A stretch of DNA of 64,000 nucleotides, taken from a virus. Shown in pieces: positions 10,701 through 18,893 of the stretch (positions are counted from its first letter, which is position 1; each line of letters starts with the position of its first letter). The translations under genes were made by a program, and so were the position numbers. Under the pieces are notes generated by a model. It was not told the DNA's origin and ran no database searches. It saw only the letters and a list, made by a program, of their open reading frames with translations. The stretch lies in the IMG/VR virus record IMGVR_UViG_3300016472_000923, one strand, 5' to 3'.

Positions 10701-11437
10701 ACAGTACCTGCTGTAGATAAGTTACCAACAGTAGCTGTGCCTGTGGTTGTCAGTGTAGTACCGGTGATAGCGCTGTTAGAATTTAAGTTACCACCAGTTA
10801 TGTTACCGGTAGCGCTGACCGTTCCAGATGTGGATACATTACCAACCGTGGCCGTGCCTGTGGTTGTCAGTGTGGTGCCAGTGATAGCAGCGTTGGAATT
10901 CAAGTTGCCACCTGTGATGTTGCCAGTAGCATTGATCTGCCCTGTGACAGAAATGTTGCCAATAGAGACATTGGCAACAGTTGTGGTACCAATCACGGTC
11001 AAGTTACCAGCCACATTGGCATCAAAGGTATGGAAGTTGGCGTAACTGGTGACATTCAGTGTAGTGTTGCTGACCACGGTGTTGGTAAACACAGTAGCAA
11101 ATTCATCGTTGGCTTCTATCCAAGCAAAAGCGATATTGTCAGATGAGCCGCGCTCGCCTATGAAACCTATGTCAAATGTGGGGCTGCCAGTCTGATCTTT
11201 GGCTAAAAGCAGCAGAGGATCCTCGATCACAACGTTGTAAGTGTCAATCGTGGTGGTGGTACCTTGCACGTCCAAGTTGCCCTGCACTGTGAGGTTACTG
11301 GCATAGGTGAGGTTGTTGGCTAATTTTCCTGCGGTAACAGAATAATCTTGTACTTTGGTACTGGCATTGATGCCAAGATAGGTATTACCTGCTGAGGAAT
11401 CAGTTACCTGATTGTTTAGAATTCGGGTCAATGCCAT
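7718..11437 (-). CDS. Long fibre protein (1239 aa) with 39-aa repeats and C-terminal IMC chaperone domain
   Basis: Multiple TGNITGGNLNSN repeats, DAASKVYVD fibre motif, GNTAQRP motif, C-terminal ATSAQYADLAE...VALTGRVP; GGAGA RBS. Confidence 0.8.
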   Translation of the reverse strand: MALTRILNNQVTDSSAGNTYLGINASTKVQDYSVTAGKLANNLTYASNLTVQGNLDVQGTTTTIDTYNVVIEDPLLLLAKDQTGSPTFDIGFIGERGSSDNIAFAWIEANDEFATVFTNTVVSNTTLNVTSYANFHTFDANVAGNLTVIGTTTVANVSIGNISVTGQINATGNITGGNLNSNAAITGTTLTTTGTATVGNVSTSGTVSATGNITGGNLNSNSAITGTTLTTTGTATVGNLSTAGTVNATGNVSGGNLTSNGSATVTTTATVGNLSTAGTVNATGNISGGNLNSNGTITGTTITTTGTATVGNLSTTGTVNATGNITGGNLNSNGTITGTTITTTGTGTFGNVSTTGTVNATGNVSGGNIVSNSAITGTTLTTSGNASVGNLSTSGQVTATGNVTAAIVNTGTVTTTSGDLILNSASGVMQWDGSGNIVMNNQWINNLGYPTQDTDAASKVYVDTMVATGLTYHQSVVAATTTTLAATTGGTITYTQPNGAANGIGGTISTTGSFNLIDDANVQTANTRILVKNEGNAALNGIYYWANATAIIRTTDADEYGANSTTQLSYNDYFFVTSGNVNKGSAWVVDAPTGTITFGTSNIEFAQFSSSQTYTANTAAGILLTGTVFSAKVDNDTTAFDGGGNIIVKAGANLVTPNIGAATGTSLVLTGNVSAGNASISGVINATGNITGGNLNSNGTITGTTITTTGTGTFGNVSTTGTVNATGNVSGGNIVSNAAITGTTLTTTGAISATSGTISTTGNINGGNINATANVTGTGAVFTGNVTAANFIGNISGNIDAAGANTQVQFNDGDLLGASSSFTFDKSTNLMTVGNASITGTVNSTGNITGGNLNSNSTITGTTLTTTGTATVGNLSTAGTVNATGNIAGGNLNSNGALTVTTTGTLGNLEVSGTGNIVGKTIIGNALVNSANTANAALAVGATTSVLIAVGNTAQRPSTGVTGMLRFNTTTDSLEYYDNDSWTSAGTTFTVIVADSFVGNGVANTFTLSQDSTTAGTIVSINGIVQIPTTAYSVSGNSLVFTEAPEVSDVIDARILTTTTTVTGLSSGSATFEGDGSNAFVLTGNFLNGNANGTGNIGSSTGYFNTIFATATSAQYADLAEMYEADSIIEPGTVVCFGGAKEVTTCSTDACRRIAGVVSTNPSYIMNAGLSGDYVVAVALTGRVPTRVTGTIRKGDMLVATGDGRARAETDPITGSIIGKALADFDGADGMIEVVVGRL
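10215..10935 (-). repeat. Coding tandem repeat array (about six units of up to 39 aa)
   Basis: Repeated TGN(I/V)(T/S)GGNL..N..ITGTT.TTTGTATVGNLST.GTVNA. Confidence 0.85.
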
Positions 11438-11508
11438 GCTTTTTCTCCGGCCTCAAGGGCTATCAGAGTTATTTACCGTTTCTAAAAAAAACTATTGTAT
11501 GGGTGTAT

Positions 11509-13107
11509 CTAAGTGCTGATGGTAGCACCAAGCGCAACACGCTTCCATGCACCGCTGCTGTACACGGCTAGACAGGCATTACCGCTGTCACCATTGGTCA
11601 CATATATCAGCTGCCCAGCAGCAGTATTTCCCAAAGCATTGGCCTGTGCTACGGAGTAGGAAGGCAGTTGTACGCTTAAGGTAGCAGCAAGATTTCCAAC
11701 ACCAGATTCATCAACGGATATGGCGTTGGTTCCAGCATCATTGGTTATTTCGCTTATAGTAGCCACAGGAGAGATGAATCTCACCGTGACAGTGTCTGCC
11801 ACAGCCGGTGGTTCTGCAAAAGTTATCACATTGCCTGTTACTGTATAAGCCACACCGGGCTGCTGCACCACACCATTGTTGACTACTATGATGCTGTTAG
11901 CGGTAGCAGTTTGTTCCAAAGTAAAAGTGTTGGCTACACTATTACCATCTATGACCTGCGTGGTTATAGACCCAAAGGTGTTACCCACAGATATCCAATC
12001 TGTGCCAGTGTAGACTTCGGTGATTTCTGTAGCTGAATTGAATCGTATAGTACCTGCAGCAGCATTTCCCGGGCGCTGGGCAGTATTGCCCGTGGGCAAA
12101 ACCATGCCAGTGGCAGCATCTATGACCAGTAATCCATTGACCGCAGCGGTGGGCGTGATCGTGATGTTGGCAAAGGTACCGTCAGTGGTGATGGTGGTGT
12201 TGGCAAATACGAGATTTCCAGTGTTTGTGGCGATTTCATCGTCGACATAACCTTTGGTAGCAGCGTCACTGTCGACCACGGGTGTAGCCAACCCATTGAT
12301 ATTGACCGAAGCAAGGATTATGTTGCCGGCACCTAAAATTTGGGTAGATCCAATCACGGCATTGGCCGTGGTCTCAATGTTGCCCGTGGCTGAAATTCCG
12401 TCCTGGAAATATACATAGGCGTTGGCTGCGGAAGACACATTTTCAACCACGAGGTCAGTGAAGTTGCCAGTGTTCGCTGAAACGGTGCCACTGGTGATAT
12501 TTCCGTTGCCCACCGAGCCAACTGTCAATACCACATTGGCTGAATCAAATAGAAGATTGGCACTGGCACCAAAGTCACCATTGTCATTGTATTGTATTTG
12601 CCCCGACGATCCTGCCGGTTGTTGGAAATCAATGGGCGATCCGTTAGCATAAAGATAATTGTCAGACAGGATATTGCCTGCTGAAAGGTTGCCAGTGATG
12701 GTCAGTACTGTGCCATCCCAGGTGAGATCAGAGTCAGTGATAGCATAACTGGCAGCGTTGGCAAACAACACGCCATTGGCAGTAGCGGTGCCAATGCGTA
12801 GATCTGTAACATTGGACAGATTGCCTTGGAATACATTGGCAAACAGAAAGTCTGCGTAACTGCCAGCGCTGCCTATATTGCCGCTGTAAACAGGGAGATA
12901 AGCAGCCACGTTAGCATTGCTGTAAGTGGCGCCTCCGGCCAGTGTGACAAACTGTGTGCCATCAAAATACTCGATGGCAGTGCTGTCACTGTTATATCGT
13001 ATCAGCCCGGATTCAGGAAATTCTGGACGAACCGCGGAATCGCCGCCAGGCAGCACAGCACCGGTGCTGCCACTGGGTATGCGGCGGTTTTTGACGAAAT
13101 TTCCCAA
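11509..13107 (-). CDS. Virion fibre/appendage protein
   Basis: LPGGDSAVRP...GLIRYN, DAATKGYVD, LPTGNTAQRP...GTIRFN motifs and a domain shared with 7718-11437; TTG start. Confidence 0.7.
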   Translation of the reverse strand: MGNFVKNRRIPSGSTGAVLPGGDSAVRPEFPESGLIRYNSDSTAIEYFDGTQFVTLAGGATYSNANVAAYLPVYSGNIGSAGSYADFLFANVFQGNLSNVTDLRIGTATANGVLFANAASYAITDSDLTWDGTVLTITGNLSAGNILSDNYLYANGSPIDFQQPAGSSGQIQYNDNGDFGASANLLFDSANVVLTVGSVGNGNITSGTVSANTGNFTDLVVENVSSAANAYVYFQDGISATGNIETTANAVIGSTQILGAGNIILASVNINGLATPVVDSDAATKGYVDDEIATNTGNLVFANTTITTDGTFANITITPTAAVNGLLVIDAATGMVLPTGNTAQRPGNAAAGTIRFNSATEITEVYTGTDWISVGNTFGSITTQVIDGNSVANTFTLEQTATANSIIVVNNGVVQQPGVAYTVTGNVITFAEPPAVADTVTVRFISPVATISEITNDAGTNAISVDESGVGNLAATLSVQLPSYSVAQANALGNTAAGQLIYVTNGDSGNACLAVYSSGAWKRVALGATIST

Positions 13108-13115
13108 GGACCACC

Positions 13116-13424
13116 TTAGATCGTGGTGTAACTGACTACAGCACCTAGGCTGGCACTGGAGTTGGCCTGCACTGTATCATTGGTGTCAAGCAGCAGTTTT
13201 TCACCAGCTTGGTAAAGTTGATAGGTATCACCGCCGGTGATCAGTATGTTGGCCAGAATAATGGTCTGAGCATTAGCGGAACCGCCCGCGGGCACTGTCC
13301 AAACATTAGCCAGCACGTTTGAACCACTGCTATTGGTCAAAGTCAACCAAGTGATAGCAGTACTGGATGCGCTGACATATATGTTTGCGGTACTGGATGA
13401 AACTGAAGCAGTCGTGATTGACAT
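13116..13424 (-). CDS. Small virion structural protein
   Basis: 102-aa beta-rich ORF with AAGGA RBS inside the fibre operon. Confidence 0.6.
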   Translation of the reverse strand: MSITTASVSSSTANIYVSASSTAITWLTLTNSSGSNVLANVWTVPAGGSANAQTIILANILITGGDTYQLYQAGEKLLLDTNDTVQANSSASLGAVVSYTTI

Positions 13425-13433
13425 TTGTTGTCC

Positions 13434-14120
13434 TTAAAATATGATACCAAAAACTATGGCCTTGCTTTTGCTGACCAACTCGTCCTGGGTGTTGTTGCTG
13501 TCAACGAAGTAAACGCCAGTGCCGCCAGATCCGGCAGCATCAGCATAGACTATGGTATTGCTGGCCACGTTGGCCGGCGTTGACGCCAGGTGGGCCAAGG
13601 TCAAGCGTCCATTGAGTCCCAGCGCATTGCCCACGGTATTGAATGTAAAAGCAGCCGAAGCTCCCAACACCGAGGCATTGTTGAACTGTATTTGGGTGTT
13701 GCTGCCCGCCGGTGTGGCGGTTATGTTAGCACCTTCTACTAGGATGTTGGCATAGCTTCCCGTGGCACCACTGTTGCCAGATGCTGTGTTAGAACTAACC
13801 TGCCAGACGTTAGCATTGCCATTGAACTGTATGGCCGCATAGGTAGGCAACACATTGCCTCCGCCTGTCTGCACAACCAAACCAAGATTTCCATAGCCCA
13901 GTGGGTTTCCCGGTCCAAGATTGTTTTCACCGGCCAAGATGAATGGTGCTGTGGTTTCTAATATCGTGGTATTACTGGCTATCGAAGTTCCTTGCACCAG
14001 CAGGTTGCCATTGACTATGAGATAACCTTCACCCACACCGATGTTGCCCGCGGTAGAACTGTTGAACGGACCAAGATTTATCTGGTAATCACCGCTGAAG
14101 GTTTTCTGAGATGTAGCCAT
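13434..14120 (-). CDS. Virion structural protein
   Basis: PAGSNTQIQFN motif shared with neighbouring fibres; C-terminal ELVSKSKAIVFGIIF; TAAATA at 14143-14138. Confidence 0.65.
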   Translation of the reverse strand: MATSQKTFSGDYQINLGPFNSSTAGNIGVGEGYLIVNGNLLVQGTSIASNTTILETTAPFILAGENNLGPGNPLGYGNLGLVVQTGGGNVLPTYAAIQFNGNANVWQVSSNTASGNSGATGSYANILVEGANITATPAGSNTQIQFNNASVLGASAAFTFNTVGNALGLNGRLTLAHLASTPANVASNTIVYADAAGSGGTGVYFVDSNNTQDELVSKSKAIVFGIIF

Positions 14121-14705
14121 TTAGGATTCCTTTGGCTTATTTAGCGTTTCTTGAAACTGCTTTATCGGCATGCGTTCATAATTATGCAGTCGACCAAATT
14201 CGCCAATTTCCTGGGTGGTGGGCCCGTACACCCGGATGAATTTCTGGTTGTGGAAATCTCGCATGACTTTGGTTGCCTGTTTTATCCAGTTGCCGGTAAA
14301 AGTGGGCTGGCTGCCCAATCGCTTGTAAAACTGCGTGTCAGCGTAGACATTGTTGAATCTGCCGTCCAGACCGGCACCGAGATCAAACCCCAGCAGATAG
14401 ATAGGCCTATGTCCGTCCAAAGCAGCCAATGCCATGGCTATGGGTCCAGAACTGTAACCAAAATAGGCTTTGGGAACTTGATGAGCCCCTGATCCGGGCA
14501 AGGGTCGCCGCGTGTAAAATCGATTGCACTTAGAATAACCCGAATGCTGTATCTCTTCGGCTATGGGACGATCGGTGGCCACCAGGGCCGTGGGGCTGTG
14601 TGTCCTATAAAGTGCATTGCACCCATAGACATCACCAATCTTCATCAGAACATTGACATCGATGGCAGCTCTACTGACACCATTGCCCAGAACAAATGCG
14701 GCCAT
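14121..14705 (-). CDS. Glycosyltransferase-like (DUF115/MptE or GT29-like fold) protein
   Basis: AFVLGNGVSR, VYGCNALYR, LVATD, SSGPIA, IYLLGFD motifs. Confidence 0.6.
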   Translation of the reverse strand: MAAFVLGNGVSRAAIDVNVLMKIGDVYGCNALYRTHSPTALVATDRPIAEEIQHSGYSKCNRFYTRRPLPGSGAHQVPKAYFGYSSGPIAMALAALDGHRPIYLLGFDLGAGLDGRFNNVYADTQFYKRLGSQPTFTGNWIKQATKVMRDFHNQKFIRVYGPTTQEIGEFGRLHNYERMPIKQFQETLNKPKES

Positions 14706-14738
14706 AAAAAATCCTCCCTGTATGTAGCAGGGAGGATT
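14706..14738 (-). terminator. Terminator-like hairpin that also contains the RBS of the next gene
   Basis: AATCCTCCCTG-CTACATA-CAGGGAGGATT-TTTT-ATG. Confidence 0.7.
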
Positions 14739-14758
14739 GGGTTGCCAACAAATTTAGA

Positions 14759-15448
14759 TTACGAGGTATAGTTCTCGACGATGGCCAACACATAGGTATC
14801 GTTGCCCTGTGTTCCAGAGATGATCTCTGTGCCTTCGTCTGTGAAGAAGTTCACCAGATACTTGTTGTTGGACCAGTCGATAGCATACTTGTTGGTCAGC
14901 TTCTTGATCAGGATGTCCGTGGAATCGCCATTGAAGATCGCGATGTTCATGTTGCCTTGTGTCAAAGCTGATGTGGCTTCATTAGCCAGTGTGCAAACAC
15001 CAACTTCAAACGCTGTACCTGTACCCGAACCTGCTGCACCAGCCACAAAGATGTCACCAGCAGCAGGGTTGGCTTTGGAAGCACCACAGGCTGTCCAGTT
15101 GGTTGTGCCTACTGTGTTGATGATGTAGGAACGACCAACCACTAGATCTTCGTCGTTGACCGATGTGGTATCAGCTACCAGATACTGGCGGCTGCCTTTT
15201 TGTGTGATGATGAAACCAGCGGCTTCAGCGGCACCAGGACCACCTGTGGGTAGATATACCTGAACACGCACCACTGGATAGGCTGCTGTGGCGATAGAAC
15301 CACCACCTAGGTTGTTGGCACCACCTACCACGCCGATGAACTGTGAAGTGTTCAGCGTGTCGGGATAGACTGGATTTGTGAGTTCACCGACATTGTTGAA
15401 ACCAATGTCTTTGGTTGTTGTTTTTTTAATCTTGAGAGGACGTCCCAT
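14759..15448 (-). CDS. Virion structural protein (possible head decoration)
   Basis: MGRPLK start, FIITQKGSRQYLV motif, strong AAGGAGAA RBS, own late promoter and terminator, close to the capsid gene. Confidence 0.6.
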   Translation of the reverse strand: MGRPLKIKKTTTKDIGFNNVGELTNPVYPDTLNTSQFIGVVGGANNLGGGSIATAAYPVVRVQVYLPTGGPGAAEAAGFIITQKGSRQYLVADTTSVNDEDLVVGRSYIINTVGTTNWTACGASKANPAAGDIFVAGAAGSGTGTAFEVGVCTLANEATSALTQGNMNIAIFNGDSTDILIKKLTNKYAIDWSNNKYLVNFFTDEGTEIISGTQGNDTYVLAIVENYTS

Positions 15449-15539
15449 TTGTTTTCTCCTTAAAGAAGTCCGATCGGGGTTCTAGCCCGTACGCGGTGGG
15501 GTTTAGGCGCCGCATAAAACGCAGGATCGCGTTGACAAG
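15449..15539 (-). promoter_or_regulatory. Structured 5' leader (three hairpins) after late promoter TAAATA (15545-15540)
   Basis: AACGC/GCGUU, UAUGCGG/CCGCGUA and CGGG/CCCG stems in series before the SD. Confidence 0.5.
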
Positions 15540-15547
15540 TATTTAGT

Positions 15548-16153
15548 CTAGGGTGCCGTTTGCCAGCTCTTGGCGTAGGTATAATTCCAAGTTGGCCTGA
15601 TGATGGTGTTGCTCTGGAATTCTCGATTGGAGTTGTCAGATGAGGCAGTCTCGGTACAGACTACCGTGAACTCATGACTGGTGAAATTGTCTATGGCACC
15701 ACCTGACACATCAGCACCTTGTATGGTATAGGTCACCAGCCCGGATTGATAAGTCAAGAGATAGGGCCCTTGGGCACGGCCGCCTTGATCGGTGGTGGTC
15801 TGGCCGCCATAAGAGATACCTTGTCCGTTGAAACTGTTGGAGTTCTGTTGCCGGATCACTACCCAACGACCTGTCACAGTGATACGACATTGACTGGCAG
15901 GATAAGTGATCATGGTGTCGGGATCAGTGTAGGCTGTCAGTGTGTTACCTATCACAGCGATGGACCAGCCTTGGCCTGATAAGCTCAGGGTACCGCCTGA
16001 TAGTGGACTGGGATGTGTGAGACTGAGTCCAAAGGTAGCCCCATCATTGTAACCGCTTTGGCTGAATCTCCATAGCCCTTGCTCTTGGACTGACAGACCG
16101 TTGCTGGCAGTGAGTTGGGCGGTGCCTGTGTAAGGAGTGATGAAGGTGGGCAT
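15548..16153 (-). CDS. Hypothetical S/T/G-rich protein, probably structural
   Basis: Open frame; start reassigned to ATG 16153 (MPTFITP), 4 nt after TAAATA; the track start is 16168. Confidence 0.6.
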   Translation of the reverse strand: MPTFITPYTGTAQLTASNGLSVQEQGLWRFSQSGYNDGATFGLSLTHPSPLSGGTLSLSGQGWSIAVIGNTLTAYTDPDTMITYPASQCRITVTGRWVVIRQQNSNSFNGQGISYGGQTTTDQGGRAQGPYLLTYQSGLVTYTIQGADVSGGAIDNFTSHEFTVVCTETASSDNSNREFQSNTIIRPTWNYTYAKSWQTAP

Positions 16154-16166
16154 GCAGTATTTAATC

Positions 16167-16196
16167 AAAACAAAACCGCCGTGGAAGGCGGTTTTG
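16167..16196 (-). terminator. Rho-independent terminator
   Basis: CAAAACCGCC-TTCCAC-GGCGGTTTTGTTTT. Confidence 0.8.
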
Positions 16197-16216
16197 GTGA
16201 TCGATTACCGGGCCGA

Positions 16217-16402
16217 TTACTTCTTGGCTTCGGCTTTCTTCTCTTCTTTTTTCACTTCTTTTTTGGCTTCTTTCTTCTCTTCCTTCTTGGCAGGAGCGGC
16301 AGCGGCGGGCTTGGCTTCTTCCTTCTTGGCAGGAGCAGCAGGAGCTTGGGCGAAAGCGGTGACAGCAAACAGGGCAGCAACAGCAGTAACGACTGATTTC
16401 AT
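16217..16402 (-). CDS. Small exported A/K/E/P-rich protein (61 aa, Sec signal peptide)
   Basis: MKSVVTAVAALFAVTAFA signal with AxA cleavage site, then PAKKEE repeats; GGAGA RBS before ATG 16402. Confidence 0.75.
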   Translation of the reverse strand: MKSVVTAVAALFAVTAFAQAPAAPAKKEEAKPAAAAPAKKEEKKEAKKEVKKEEKKAEAKK

Positions 16403-16505
16403 ATGTTTCTCCAATTGGTATATGAGATTGTGGTCGGACCTCCCAACCACAATAGCATTTATGACTTGACGCCGTTAGTGCAAAGATTTGTGTAACAAGA
16501 TCAAC

Positions 16506-16531
16506 AAAAAACCCGCCGAAGCGGGTTTTTT
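16506..16531 (-). terminator. Rho-independent terminator after the major capsid gene
   Basis: AAAAAACCCGC-TTCG-GCGGGTTTTTT (UUCG loop). Confidence 0.9.
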
Positions 16532-16555
16532 GATTTGGTCCAACAAGTTCTCGAT

Positions 16556-17767
16556 TTAGGAGAAGCTTAGGTTCGAAACAGCGATCTCACCAACATAGTC
16601 GCCAGCGTTACCGAAGGACGAAGCTGTGTTTGTAAGCTCGATGTAGCCGTAGCGTGTCATGAAGCTCACGACGGGTTCGAACGTTGTGGGATCCAGAACG
16701 ACACCGGACGACATCAGGGGGATGTAGGGGCAGTAGAACGCAGCAGCGTCAGCCTCAGACGAACCCTTGTAGCCGACCAGCACAGGTGTGGAGTCGCTGG
16801 CATAAGAGTCAACGAACACACGCATTGCGCCGTTCAGTGTACCAACAAACTTGGTGTTGGTGGGAGCTTCGAAAGTACCTTCTGTGGTACGAGCGAAAGC
16901 AGAAGTTGTAGCAGACTGCAGAACAGTCAGCGAAGCAGGCGACACAACAGCCCAGTTACCAGCGCCACGGCGTGTACGCTGAGCGATCAGGTTAGCAACA
17001 CGGTTGATCAGAACGGCCAGAGCGGCGTGCTCGTCACCAACGAATGTAGCAGTACCAGAAACGGTAGCTTGGTTGTATGTGAACTCTGTTTGAGCCAGGC
17101 TGCGCAGCGACAAGAGGATCTCTTGGTCGATTTCAGCTGTGATCTCTTGAGCCAGGGCAGCCATGATCTCGGCTTCAACGTCGATACCATGCATGGCCTG
17201 TGCGTCTTGAGCAGCTTCAAAGGTCCAACGAGCTTGCAGCTTACGGGTTTTGGCTTCAACAGCTTGCTTCAGGATCTGCACGCTGATCTGACGACCACCG
17301 GAACCTTCCAGCGTAGCTGTGTTGGCACCTGTGTAAGTGGTCTGTGTTCCACTAACTGTACCAGAGCTAACTGAGCTTGCTGAAGAGTAAGCAGTAGCGA
17401 TCTTGAAGGGGCTCAGGGCCTCTTCACCAGCAACAGTGGATGTTGCGGCTGCGGATTGGTCTGTCATGGTGTTGGCATATCGCACACGCAGAGTGTGGAT
17501 CTGACCAACGGGACCGGTCATGGGCTGCACACCAACCAGTTCGTTGGCGATGACAGTGGGCATGACCCGTCGAATCACCGGCAGGATCACGCGGTTCAGC
17601 GTGGCGATATTGCCGGAAACTGTGGTACCAGCAGAAGCGTTCTCTTTCAGGTACTTGCGTGTGTTCTCGAGGATCACACCCATGGTGTTGCGACGGCTGC
17701 CTTTGAGGCCTTCCATGAGGGCTTCTTTGGTCTCGTCCCAACGGCTTTCTAATAGTTCTTGTGACAT
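16556..17767 (-). CDS. gp23: Major capsid protein (T4 gp23 family)
   Basis: LVGVQPMTGPVGQI, VEAKTRKLQARWTFEAAQD, EITAEIDQEI, AFYCPYIPL, MTRYG. Confidence 0.97.
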   Translation of the reverse strand: MSQELLESRWDETKEALMEGLKGSRRNTMGVILENTRKYLKENASAGTTVSGNIATLNRVILPVIRRVMPTVIANELVGVQPMTGPVGQIHTLRVRYANTMTDQSAAATSTVAGEEALSPFKIATAYSSASSVSSGTVSGTQTTYTGANTATLEGSGGRQISVQILKQAVEAKTRKLQARWTFEAAQDAQAMHGIDVEAEIMAALAQEITAEIDQEILLSLRSLAQTEFTYNQATVSGTATFVGDEHAALAVLINRVANLIAQRTRRGAGNWAVVSPASLTVLQSATTSAFARTTEGTFEAPTNTKFVGTLNGAMRVFVDSYASDSTPVLVGYKGSSEADAAAFYCPYIPLMSSGVVLDPTTFEPVVSFMTRYGYIELTNTASSFGNAGDYVGEIAVSNLSFS

Positions 17768-17789
17768 CTAAGTCTCCTTTATCTAACTA

Positions 17790-18884
17790 TTACAGTCCTG
17801 CCAGGCGTTTGATGTCGATCACGTTGGAACGAGAGTCTTCATCTTCAACTACCTTGACATTTTTATCACCAGTCACTGCTACATGGCTTTCAGCGATCAC
17901 CTGACGGGCTTTCGTTGTTTTGCCTTCTGCAAGCACAGCTGGTAGATATTTCTCAAAAGCGCCTTTCAGTCGAGCTGTTTGTACGCTTTCCAAGAGATTC
18001 TTCATGACTTCACGCTTCTCTTCGTTGAGAGGAGCCAGCAATTCTTCCATTGTAGCAGTACGCTCATTGGATTCCTTGATCATGCGAATCTCACGCTCTT
18101 TGCTCTCCACGATGACTTTGGCGTCTTCGGCAGAGCGGGTGGCTTCGGCTAGTTGCTGATCTTTTGCCTCAATTTCCTTGCGGAGTTTGCGGACTTCGGC
18201 GTTCTCATTGAGGTGAGTGGCACCAAATTCTGCAGCATAGGCTTCAAAAATCTTGCGACCAAAATTGTTCTCGCGAGCAATCTTGATGTCTTCGTGCAAC
18301 TGGCTGAGTTCAGCCTTGAGATGATGGCTTACAGCCTGGGTCATCTTGGCAGCAGATTCTTTGATAAATCTTGCTTTCAAGTTTTCCAGGGTATCACGGG
18401 CTTCGCGCACCAGACGGACCTTGGTTTCAACAATGTCCTTCTTATCTTGAGCGAATTCCATGATCTCTTCAGCCAGGGCCTTGACAACAAATTTTTCCAA
18501 TTTCTGGAGGCCTTCGTTGTGGCTCCGACGGTCTTTGCGCAGTTCGCCAATTTCTTCAGCAAGTTTAGAAACCATGAAGTCGTTAAACTTCGTGGCTGAT
18601 TCTTTTAACTTGATCTGTCCATTGACTCGATCAGCGGCCACGGCTGCTTTTTCTTCAGCCAGGGCTTGGATCTCTGCTTGCAGACCTTCTGTTACCATCT
18701 TGTCCAGGGCTTCCACCATTACTGTTTTGTCATGCTCATAGCGCTGTGCAAACTCTTCGCGGAGTTCTGCACGCACCTGCTCGCGAGCTTCTGTGAGCTT
18801 GGCTTCCCAAGCTTCAGAGATCTCTTGGCGGGTGTCTTCGTTTATAAGATCGCTATCTAGTAAGGGTTTCAGTGCATCTAACAT
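17790..18884 (-). CDS. gp22: Prohead core scaffolding protein (gp22-like)
   Basis: Coiled-coil E/K-rich protein between the protease and capsid genes. Confidence 0.8.
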   Translation of the reverse strand: MLDALKPLLDSDLINEDTRQEISEAWEAKLTEAREQVRAELREEFAQRYEHDKTVMVEALDKMVTEGLQAEIQALAEEKAAVAADRVNGQIKLKESATKFNDFMVSKLAEEIGELRKDRRSHNEGLQKLEKFVVKALAEEIMEFAQDKKDIVETKVRLVREARDTLENLKARFIKESAAKMTQAVSHHLKAELSQLHEDIKIARENNFGRKIFEAYAAEFGATHLNENAEVRKLRKEIEAKDQQLAEATRSAEDAKVIVESKEREIRMIKESNERTATMEELLAPLNEEKREVMKNLLESVQTARLKGAFEKYLPAVLAEGKTTKARQVIAESHVAVTGDKNVKVVEDEDSRSNVIDIKRLAGL

Positions 18885-18893
18885 GCGTTTCTC

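Noticed and set aside
6397-11045. Long plus-strand ORFs (6397-7239, 8580-9722, 10260-11045) rich in V/P/L/A
   Set aside because: Antisense shadows of the repetitive T/G/N fibre genes; no RBS or promoter support
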